NCBI RefSeq assembly: GCF_008831285.2
Contig: NC_045138.2
Coordinates: forward strand, 20,150,001-20,214,000
Source of the DNA: Nymphaea colorata
Taxonomy: Eukaryota
Length of the DNA: 64,000 bases
Direction of reading: 5' to 3'
The notes below the pieces were generated by a model that worked only from the letters and a program-made list of their open reading frames with translations, did no database searches and had not been told where the DNA came from. Made by a program: the position numbers and the translations under genes. Below, in pieces: positions 1-10,568 of this stretch; position 1 is the first letter of the stretch; each line of letters opens with the position of its first letter.

Positions 1-614
1 AAATTTCATATTAAAGTTTTATCCAGCAGCAAGTAGCACCCATTAAGGGTATATTCAGGAACTTAGCTGTATGCTACAAATACTGAGCACTAACAAAGAA
101 AATGGTGTTCCTAGGAAAATATCCATAGGTCCAATCAAAAAGTTAATAGACAAGTTCTCCACATACAGAAGCAAATACGGCACCAACAAAAGTGCCAAGA
201 CTTGACAGCAAATCAAGCCTCCACATGTCCTAATTAAGGTACAAAACAGGCTCACTATAAGGAAACCCACCTACAACCCAAGTATCCTTGCTATGCAGAA
301 TGAAGAAAAAACTGCTAAAGTCTTTTTTGACATTGAGTAGTCGGTATCAAAAGCCATGTCCCTGATTTGCTACTGTAATTGGAAATAGAAGTTCAATTTT
401 CTAGAGAAAACAATCATGTTCTTGCACAATAATTTTTTACAAAACTTGTGACCCCAGCACAAACTCAAGCTCAGTTAACCCCAGCAGGGACCTGAGCCAC
501 AGAATTCCCTGGTTAAAAATAGTTTTGTCTGACATGTGTGTCATACTAAAGCCAAATAAAAATGAAAACATTCAAGTTAGATCATTTGTTCAAATACTGA
601 GTTCTATGCAAGAC

Positions 615-898
615 CTTGATAGATTAAGCCTTTGTCATGTAGCCTGATAAATGCTTCCACCACAGCCTCTGCAACACCGAAAGTGGATAGTCTCAAAACA
701 TGTCACAAGTATCATGAACCTTTTAAATATCAAACTGAAGACGCTAGACAGTCCACAAAAGCTGCAAAGATCCATGTACTATATAGGTGACAATATGTGA
801 AACACTGAATGCTTCTAAAGAACATCTTCCAAACCCTTAGCCATCAGATATGCCTAGAGCATAAAATTTTTCATACATACATCAATATAGATATATTA

Positions 899-936
<38 letters not shown>

Positions 937-2360
937 TATCAGCCAACCCCAATTTGGTACTGATTTTTACACCTTTTACTTTTTCCTCTCGCTCTTTCCA
1001 CTACTTTTTTCTCCCCTCCCCAAACCTCTCCCCCTCCCTGTCTTTTTTTTTCCTCTTCAGAACCATCTCCCCATTCTAGCAATGGTGGATCCTAGGAGGG
1101 GAGCCACCTGAAAAGCCACTCCCAAAATAAAAATGGTTTATCTCATTTATTCTATATATTTATGTATATATAACTATGTATATAGTATATATAACATGAT
1201 GCCTAAAGTGCCATCTGGCTTTTCCAGCATTCTGAAGCTGTTTTTGATGAATCCACCAAAATAGATGAACCCACAAGGTCCAAACTGTAGGATTTAAGAA
1301 ATTATAAAAACCTGATGCATGGATTAGATATAAGATTATTTTAATCAACGATCTAAAGTTTGACAGCTCAAAAATTCAGTCAAATTGGAATATCATGATT
1401 CTTTTTAATCATACAGTTTTGGGCTTTTGGCCAATCCGGACTCATCAATGCAGTTGGATTCATCAAAAACAGCTTCAGAGCATCCAAAAAGCTAGACAGC
1501 ACCCTGAAAGTCCTACTTGAAGTTCTCATCATCTATATATACAGGAACAAGATATGCCAACATGTGCCACCATACGCTCAAGCTTTTTTTGGAATCATGT
1601 GGGACAAACTACAGTTGTGCTTATGCCCAGTTACAAACATGAAATTCTGTTACAAATATCTTGATATTGAAAGATGGCCAGAAAACTGTCTTACGACTTA
1701 GCTGATCATCCAGGGTGAAGTGTTCTCGTGTCCAGTCACATGATGCACCCAGCCTCCTTATTTGACTTGTAATAGCTCCACCATACCTAAAAAGGGACTA
1801 TTATTGAAAAGACAGCCAGAAAAAGGCACATAATCCTTGAACTTGAAAAAAGAAGATCGATGACAGGCAGAAAGGTCTAGCTCACATAACTCGGAATCAA
1901 CGGAATGAAAGTTTAAATTGATGACATGCAGAATACTAACTTCATGGTGAAAATTTTGACACACAAAGTACTTATTAAGTTAACAAACGACTTTAACCTC
2001 TGACAAATTAATAATCCTATTGAGAGCGACATGATTGCTTAATCAATAAAAGGAAAAAAAACCTATAAAGACCAGAAAGTCTTTCTCTGTTGATTTATCC
2101 ACCACAGGAATGAGACAGAACTTGACCAGAGAATGCATGATTTATATCTCAGCAAATGTGCATCTCTACTATGTATGCATGTCATAGCAACTGAAATCCA
2201 ATATTCACCAGGACCAGATACTAATATCAGGTAAGACAAAAATAACACATCAACCAGTGAGTCAATCTAAGTCCACAAAAAAATCACCGTCATATCAGGA
2301 GAAAAAACGAACCAATTGCAAGCATGGTGAAATGTTATGCAAAGCAAATTTGAGTATGAG

Positions 2361-2391
<31 letters not shown>

Positions 2392-3271
2392 TGAAATGGC
2401 AACAAGAGAATAACACATACTTTTTCTTCCACTCCCAAACCCTGCTTATGAATTCTTCTCTACTTAGATCTGTCCTTTTTATACCTTCAGATGCCAGCAT
2501 TCTTTCAACCACCAGCTGAAATTCTCACAAATATGAAGACATCAGCCCAACATCATATTCACAACATGCAAAGCCTTACACAAATCCAGAAACCTATAAT
2601 ATAAGGATAGCACAAATATGTTTCAGAAGTTCTACTAGTATCAAGTTGTGAATGAACTTATGGTAGGTCACCAAGAAACTGAATGAGAAACACACTCAGG
2701 ATAAGGTATTTGTAGTGCATATCTACATACACTTGTACCCTTCTGCGGCTCTGCCTGTTCTTTGCCCATATGTGGCACAAACAACCCATAAGACACAAGG
2801 CTCTCACTAAGGTACCAATAATTCCAGATTACCTACTAATAATACAAATGTGGTGAACCGTGAAGTCTCTTCTCTTTTACCCTTGTCCCATTTTCAAATT
2901 ATTTTCTAGTCACATTCTTTTACGTTCGTTTTTCCACAAAAAAACATAGGAAAAGGAGCAGGTTCCAGTGTGTATTCATTGATTCTTCGCTCCTCTTTTC
3001 CAACGTACACCAAAGACAAAAGGCAACGAAGTCTCCTAAGTTTGGCAGAATATTTACGAACTGACACACAGTAAGAAACAACCCAGGAAATCTGTTAATA
3101 TGCAATAATAAGTTTCAGAGTTGATATTTTTTAGGTGAGAGAGAGCGGGTTTCCCTTATGAAAAATTATTAAGCAACACATGAAGCAGTTTGTCAATATT
3201 GTGTATAATTGGCCCATCCAGAAATGATATAAGGCTGATTTGGTTTTCTTAATATACATACATACATACAA

Positions 3272-3302
<31 letters not shown>

Positions 3303-3307
3303 TATAC

Positions 3308-3378
<71 letters not shown>

Positions 3379-5875
3379 GTTTTCATATTATTTTAAAATT
3401 TAAATTAATTGTTAAATTTTAAAACAAAAGACCGAAATGAGTGGATACATGTGCTTTTGCATGTGTACCTGTGTGAATCTAATGAATAGAAGTTAGCAGC
3501 TACCTGAGTTGCAATACCAGCATGATCAGTGCCAGGAACCCAAAGTGTAGGCCTCCCCTTCATTCGATTGTACCTAACCATAATATCCTAGTGTTCAAAA
3601 GCAATAAGACAAAGAAAAGTTGATATTGTGATACAAGTTATAAGATACTGAGATGCTAAATAAGTCCAAGAAGATCAAAATACATCCCTCCAAAGCAAGT
3701 ACAGAAATCATTTTTCATCCTGCTGATGAGGCTCTCATAACCTGCTAAGTGCTATCTGAGCCTAATAACAGTATAAACCAATCCAGGTTCCAATACAAGC
3801 CATCCTGAATGTGGATGGATCAATTAGAGGTTTTCAAAAAGCAATTCAATTGATCCTATCTTTGGTTAATCAAATCCACTGCTATTCCTACTGGTTGGAT
3901 GACTATTTCTTTTCCACTACAATAAGCAAACGCAATCATTCTTTAGAGGCTTAAAGCAGCAAAACATCAACACATAAGAAATAACTTATTGAATGAATAA
4001 GTACACATTTATCCAACTTCACTTGATTTCACAAATAATCAAACAGTTATAAGGATTAAGGACACCATAAAATCATTAAGGTCATGTGTCAACTTTTAAC
4101 TCAAATTAACTGCATCTAGTTAATGACTATGCCAAAACTTCATATTGAAACATCGATTGATAGACACTACGACAGTTTCCTACATATTGTTGTGAAAGGT
4201 GTATAAAATAGATCCGAACGTTTTTTCACATTCAAAATTCCAGCCAAAGGAAAATTGAACATGCCAGAGCTGAAAAATGAATATAACGGAAAAAAAGGGA
4301 ACTGCAACTTTTTATATGTTAATCATCAATAAATGATAAGCAGAGAACAATTTCAAAGATAATGTCCTCCTACCTCAAGAGTTACAAACATTGCATGGCC
4401 CATGTGCAATGCTCCAGTAACATTAGGTGGTGGCATTGAAATAACAAATGGCTCTCCTGCACTCTCCTGGTGTGGCTTAAAGTAACCCTGAGATTCCCAC
4501 CTATAAAAAAAAATACAGTCAAATATCACAAACATAGCATTGAAAACAAACACATACCTAAAGATCAACCGAGATCTCTAGGAAATATGTGACAAGCTCT
4601 TGTAAGAGCATGTTGCATTATCTGACATGAAAATTCATTTCCTCTTTCTGATAAACCAAGGGTATATGTTGGATAATCAACTTCAAAATAGATATTTCAC
4701 CATTCATGTTCCTATAACTTACCTACAAGCAATGATATGAATGGTTTCAGATTTTCAATAATAAGCAAGGTTCAGATGATAGAAGAATATAGGAGATGAC
4801 AATTGATGGCTCATCAAACTGTAATGCATTAAAAAAAAGCAATGCACAAGTCAAAAGATTCGGAGGGAAACAAAAGAAGCCAAAGCAAGTCAATGATAAA
4901 AGAAAACTGGAAGTTTGCTAGCAAACTTCATGAATGTCAGAAACAATGGACGATTCGGCAAATATACTCTCACTAGTTCGTGCATGACCATTCAGTCTCT
5001 GATTGATCCATCGTGCTCTGAACTTTCCTCTGTCCATTCAAGATTGGACCGATGGTCAAGCCAATTTCCTGACACTAGTTTGTTTATAGCAAAATATCTT
5101 CTACCAAAACTCTTGGTATACGCTTTCGTGGTTGCATGCCTTTGTGGGAAGCTAGAAAAAGCAGGCACGGCTGCTTCCTGAACACCAAAAGTCAAGGCGA
5201 TAAATCAGCCAACTTCTTACTGTTCCTTGTAAACTTATTTACTCCCAGCAAATTGCAGCAAATTTTCATCAGTATCAAACCAAATCGTCCAACCTACTCC
5301 TAACTCCTCTACAGACAAGCCCGATTGCCACAAACGAGGTCGCCAGTTTCCAACGGTTTCATGGATAATTCCAACAAATATACAATCAATCTACAATCCA
5401 CTAATTCTAAGCTGCAAGATGGTAAACAGTACCAACTGAAACCGGATGAATAGCACAAAACTTTCTGAAAAACACGAATATCTACAGTCAGCTCCATAAA
5501 ACGAAACCTCCAATCGAATCAATCACTAAGCCAATCGGCTCACCAGTTGTAAATGCGCTCCTCAGAAGCAAAATCGAATGTTTTCGACGTCAACGGGGAG
5601 GTGAACACGTCCGAGTCCGCACTAGCCGCTGCAACTGAGCAAAAAAGAAAACACGGACCACAACAAAAGGAATGGCATCAAGAAACAAAGCCAATTAACG
5701 AATAAAACGATAATGGGGGCCGAACGGACGAGATGTTACCGGTGGACGACCTCCGGATGATGGAAGTGAAGGGGAAAACACGAGGACGGAAAGGACGGTG
5801 GCGCGAGCAAAAGATGAAAGGATTGAGACGGGAAACAGAACGAGGGTTGAAGAGGGAAGGCCTGGACAACGCCAT
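615..5875 (-). CDS. Valine--tRNA ligase, chloroplastic/mitochondrial type (EMB2247-like), 5' part; continues beyond the left edge
   Basis: Exons (minus strand): 5875-5740, 5634-5544, 4500-4374, 3587-3504, 2515-2421, 1786-1695, 668-615, all GT-AG with consistent phases. Protein: Arg/Ser-rich transit peptide [13 protein letters not shown]..., then [33 protein letters not shown] (class I HIGH motif), [48 protein letters not shown]. Confidence 0.95.
895..935. repeat. Compound (AT)n(GT)n microsatellite
   Basis: Visible dinucleotide runs in a ValRS intron. Confidence 0.9.
1205..1508. mobile_element. Foldback/MITE-like element in ValRS intron 6
   Basis: Perfect 25-bp inverted repeat TCTGAAGCTGTTTTTGATGAATCCA at 1231-1255 and 1455-1479, extending imperfectly outward to about 50 bp. 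No TSD resolved. Confidence 0.6.
2365..2390. repeat. (AG)n microsatellite
   Basis: Visible run just after ValRS exon 5. Confidence 0.9.
3252..3378. repeat. Compound (ACAT)n(AT)n(GT)n microsatellite
   Basis: Visible runs. Confidence 0.9.
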
Positions 5876-6269
5876 TGATGGATGGAGAGGGAAGGAGATA
5901 GCAACTATGGGAAGAAGGAAGCGAAGAATGCTAGGCAGCAGGGGAAAGATTCGCGGGGAGGGTTTGGGAGGGCGCAAAGGGTCCTCAGGTGGCGGGAAAT
6001 AGGATAACGAGTGCGGTAGAAGGGAGGCGCAGTCGAAGCACGCAAATCTCGCGCTAGGTAAACTATCGGCGATAAAATCAATGCACAAATAACGGAAAAG
6101 TTTTATTTTAATAACCTTTTGCATGGAACTTGGAAGACGCTGCAAAAATCATTCCCAACTAGTTGGACAATTTACTTAAAAAATTGTTGATAAATATTTT
6201 AAATTAATTTACTAAATTGGAACAACGAAGTGAAAATACCTACCATATAAACTTCAATTTTTAAATCAA

Positions 6270-6808
6270 ATGTAAAATTTAGGTAACAGTATCTTGATTG
6301 GAGACCTCTTTCTATCTGTTTTGAAAGTGTGGATATTGGAAAGAACATGCTTATGCTAATATTTGTTAATTTATTAGTATTTAAAATGGATTAATTTTAG
6401 GAACATTCATCGATGGATTCATGAATTTGTCTCTTTTTATAATCAAATTTATGGAACAGTTACTAAGGGAATGCTGGAAATATGAATATTAAACGTAAAA
6501 ATTAAGTGACAATATCATTGTTTGGATACCTCTTTCTATCTCTTTTTGTAAGTGCGATATTGGAGATAACATGCTTATGTATCACTAACATTTATTAACT
6601 TATTAGTATTTAAAATATTGGATTCATTTTTGTATTTTATGAAAATTTGTGTTTTCTAATACGTTATTTGATAGCCATAATATTTACATATTTCTCCATT
6701 AATTTTACCATAAAAATAAATTCATTTCATCGACAGATCCATGAATCTGTCTATTTTTGTAATCAAATTTATGGGACCGTTATTAAGGGAATGTTTGGAA
6801 TTCTGAAA
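6270..6808. repeat. Diverged tandem duplication (about 220-310 bp units) upstream of ValRS
   Basis: Blocks ACCTCTTTCTATC...GATATTGGA...AACATGCTTATG...TTATTAGTATTTAAAAT and TAATCAAATTTATGG...TAAGGGAATG occur twice in the same order (about 6270-6490 and 6495-6808). The second copy has an insertion. Confidence 0.75.
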
Positions 6809-7993
6809 CATTGTATTAGTTTTTTCATGGATATATTCGAGACTATAATAAATTTAATGTAACGATGGATTCATATAACACTAACAAATGCCTCTTAAAC
6901 TTATGGGTTATGCGACATTAGATGTAATATTCGATATTTTTCTGAGAAATGAAATTGACGAAGCACTGACATATATGATCACGAAACATGGATGCGAAAT
7001 ATGAAATTTAGTAATTATGCATGTAAGAAAATGCACATGAATAGGTCTGATGCACTTGATCGTAGGTCGACTAATTGAGAAAAATGAAGGAGAATATATA
7101 AAAGGAATTTATCCTTTTGAAATATTGGTTACAAGAAAATTAAATCAATTTGTTACACGGATAAAATAAGGAGCTGTTTGAAGCAAATTCACGGTTTAAA
7201 CTTTAAAATAGACGAAGGAATGCTTGTTAGAATTTTCAATCATTTCAAGCTATCTTAATATTTTTCATGGACTGTAGAAAAAGAATGATAAGCTAGATGG
7301 TTTTGCTGATAAATTTTGACCAACAATTTGGACTAATCAAACCGGCCTTACCCACTGTGATATATTGTATGATGCCGGTAAAAGTCGCCTGCACCGGGAC
7401 GCCACTCTTTTCCGGTGCAGGCACATTGGTATGCAGCATGGTTTAGATTTGCGGGCTAATTTTTTGAAGCTTGTTTAGCTCGCATTGTGTAGCTGGCATG
7501 GTGTAACTCGCATGGTGTCGTCGAAGGTTTTATAAGTCTTCAGCCAGCCTTAACTCATTCTTAATGTAGCAGAAGCATTCATCAATATTTTAGAATCATG
7601 ATTCATCAATATTTTGGAATCATGGACTAGACGATGAGTGTTAGGCACTTGGTGCACCATCATCCAGGATTATCCCACAGTAAACCATCAATAAGGTGTG
7701 CCCACGAGGCCTTGTCACTGTCATTCCTCTAAATACCTAACTACTTCCATGTGAAATCTAAGTGAGGATAGACTTCCCTCAGTAGAAAGTCCTCAGCTGA
7801 AACCAATTGTCGACTATATGTCATTAAGTAAGGTGGCCGACCATCGCCCTACTCGACGATGATCTCTTACTTGCTCACCCTCGTGTAACTCTACGAAGTT
7901 ATGGACGTAGCATGCGTGTTCACTTGGAGAATTGCCTCTAACTCACACGCACCCTCATGCGCATCCAAACGCTACGCATGGGGAACCCACCGA

Positions 7994-8961
7994 TAGGCCT
8001 GGGCATCGGGCCGGCCCGACCCGTTTAGTCAACATCGTTAAGGGCCCGAATTTGAATCGGCTCGGTCCGCTACCCGGCCCAACTATTATAGGGCCGGGCC
8101 TGGTCAACCACGTCCGAAGCTCGACCCGGCCCGTTTGTTAACTACCGGGCTGGGCCAGGCAGGGTCTATCCCAAGAAGACGCCGGTGGCAAGGTCTATCT
8201 GAAGAAGACGCCGATCGAACTTCCGGATGTCATGGCGATCCCGTGCGCTGCTCACTCCTGCGTTCTTGACCATGATGTCGAGGAGGCCAAAGTGGGTAAG
8301 GGCGAGGTCGACAGTGGGAGTAGAGGAAGCTGTGGATGGTGGAAGAGCTCTGTGGTGGTCTGCCCAATCCCTCTCGCAGTCTCGCTTCTTCCGTCATGAT
8401 TGCCACTTTCCCTTCCAAACTACAAACGCATCATCCCCAGGACCCCAACATCATCAACTGTACAATGTAGAGAGTGATGCTGCGATGGTGAGTCTATCAA
8501 CAACAAAGAAATGATTTGTAATGAATCGTCATTTTGAAGCAGTGGATGGCATTTGGGGCTGATATTACCTGCTGCGATGGGAGGTGAAGAGTGCCCCCAA
8601 CCTTGTTAGTCCAGTGCCGGTGGTGGACTGGAGGTCGACGGTGCCGGTGGCAGACCGACGGTGTGACGACGGTGGCGGCGCCATGGCCTACCCAACAAAC
8701 ATCAAAACCCTAAATCCATACCCAACACAGAGCAAAACCCTAAATCCCTAAATGCATTTTCTTAAAATTTTAAATGATGAATCCACTATCGACCTAATGG
8801 GCCTAGCGGGTCCCAACGGCCCGTAAGCTTAACTCCGACCCGCCCGTTATGATGTCGGGCCGGGCACAGCGGGCTGTAACCCGATAAAGTAAAACAAGTA
8901 CCCAAACCCGGGCCTGAACGACCGACTACCCGGCGGCGGCCCGGCCCGGTGCCCAAGCCTA
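7994..8961. mobile_element. Non-autonomous hAT-type element carrying a captured gene fragment (Pack-hAT-like)
   Basis: Left TIR TAGGCCTGGGCATCGGGCCGG matches the reverse complement of the right end (TAGGCTTGGGCACCGGGCCGG) at 19/21. Perfect 8-bp TSD CCCACCGA at 7986-7993 and 8962-8969. GC-rich subterminal GGCCCG/CGGGCC repeats at both ends. Confidence 0.9.
8230..8684 (-). pseudogene. Short-chain dehydrogenase/reductase gene fragment (ABA2/tasselseed2/secoisolariciresinol dehydrogenase-like) inside the hAT element
   Basis: Minus strand reads LEGKVAIMTEEAR/GIGQTTTELF (cf. LEGKVAIITGGARGIG Rossmann motif). After a deletion it reads TVDLALTHFGLLDIMVKNAGVS (cf. AVDxAVxxFGxLDIMxNNAG). A phase-2 GT-AG intron (8568-8420) precedes LEGK. 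There is an 8-nt frameshifting insertion and no catalytic YxxxK region. Confidence 0.85.
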
Positions 8962-9728
8962 CCCACCGATTTTCAAACGACGAACTTGCACGTTTCAAAG
9001 AAACTGATGACCATGATGCACTTGTATGTTTTGTCTTTGCATCACCGCGCTGCATATTCTAAATTAATAAAACTAGTGTCATTTTTTGAAACTGTGCATA
9101 AATTGTGGGCTCAAAAATAAGAAATTTCCAAATTTTTAACCAGTTGGACCTGTTCTTCCGGTGGTTCTGCCTCTGTCTCGTACATTGTTTGTTAATTTAA
9201 CAAGGACAAGAATCTTTTTCACCAGTTTATAATTAGTAAAAAAAAAAAACCGTATTTAATATCAATAGTTTAGGGTGCAGTGCAGTTACATTCTTTAATT
9301 AAAATAAGCTTAACATTTGACCAAGTGGACAATAGAATAACGATACTCCACGATGCATATACTAAATAAAGTGCATGGATTCCAGGCAATCCATGCTACT
9401 GTCCTTGGAACGGGGATAACGGCGGAGTTAGATTTTTTGTTTTAAGGGCTGTGACTATATAATTTCTAAATTGTTTGTACAATAATTTTGTAGATTTTAC
9501 ACAGTATTTTGTTTTTATTTTTTTTCAATCGTGAGAGGGCGGGGAGGGGTGAGGCCATGGCCCATGCCAACTCTCCTGGCGAGGTCTCTATGAGCTCTTC
9601 TTGGCAGTGGCGTAGTCACATTGTGACTGGTATAGACCGTGCTTATACAAGTCACTTAAAAGTTTTTTTATTTTTAAATGAAAATTTTAAATATTTATTT
9701 TTTTATATATATAAGTGTTTCATTATAT

Positions 9729-9902
9729 TTGAGTATTTTTAAAAAAGTGCCCTTTCAAGTGAATTTTTCTGGTTGTGTTTAAGCTGCAGGTCATGGATGT
9801 ACCTTTCACACTTTTTTGAGTATTTTTAAAAAAGTGCCCTTTCAATTGAATTTTTCTGGTTGTGTTTAAGCTGCAGGTCATTGATGTACCTTTCACACTT
9901 TT
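9729..9902. repeat. Near-perfect tandem duplication, about 87-bp unit
   Basis: TTGAGTATTTTT..AAAAAAGTGCC..TTTCAA.TGAATTTTTCTGGTTGTGTTTAAGCTGCAGGTCAT.GATGTACCTTTCACACTTTT occurs twice. Confidence 0.9.
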
Positions 9903-10047
9903 CCTATTCCTAGTTTAGTTGCATAAATTTTAGTTGTCTCCTTCAGCTAAAAAGAGAGAGAAAAAAAAAAAAAGCATCCAACGTCAACAACAAATAAGTG
10001 TCCATCTTTTCAGATACATTAAAGAGGCGCCATATATTGCTTCTGAA

Positions 10048-10434
10048 TTGACCAGCAAGTCACTTATCAGCTTTTATATTTCTTAGGTGAAAATAAATAT
10101 GTCAGTCAATGACGGAGCAAAAAAATTTTGATAACTTAATCACAATGCAAATGCAAGATTATTATTATCCTTCACACCCGTGGAGAAAGAAGTGTGTAAT
10201 GATGAGAATGCATTGGTCAATTAATCAAAAAATGAAAAGTTAAAAACTTCAAAAAAATATTTAAAAAAAAAATCTCAAAATGGCCTACCTCCTCTCCTTT
10301 TTTTTAATGGTGCATATCTGTTCGCATGTGGACAACTGTAGCCATGCCACCTCCCTGGACACCAAACGATTTTGGTCAAATATGTTGATTATATGTATTT
10401 GGGAACGTGTTTGACCACGTTAACCCCAAGTCAA
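10048..10434. promoter_or_regulatory. W-box (TTGACY) cluster upstream of PCR gene A
   Basis: TTGACC or RGTCAA at 10048, 10104, 10215, 10374, 10411 and 10429. TATA-like TA run near 10492. Confidence 0.5.
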
Positions 10435-10568
10435 GTCATTTATAATAATATCGACCTCTAAAATGGTCACCATACACTAAGGTTTTGAGTTTATATATAT
10501 ATATACGCATTTTCATATGAGAAAATATTAATGACCGGAGCCTGAAATTGGCCGGCCGGAAAACTGAA

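Noticed and set aside
4992..5195. ORF in ValRS intron 2 preceded by an acceptor-like TTCAG (possible cassette or poison exon)
   Set aside because: No recognisable homology and no clear donor. Flanking exons join correctly without it.
5678..6145. 155-aa ORF as an N-terminally extended ValRS or separate gene
   Set aside because: It begins at a non-ATG codon and reads through the intron 1 donor. The real start is the ATG at 5875.
7356..9054. Possible solo LTR hosting the Pack-hAT
   Set aside because: TG...CA candidates lack matching 5-bp flanks, so boundaries cannot be supported.
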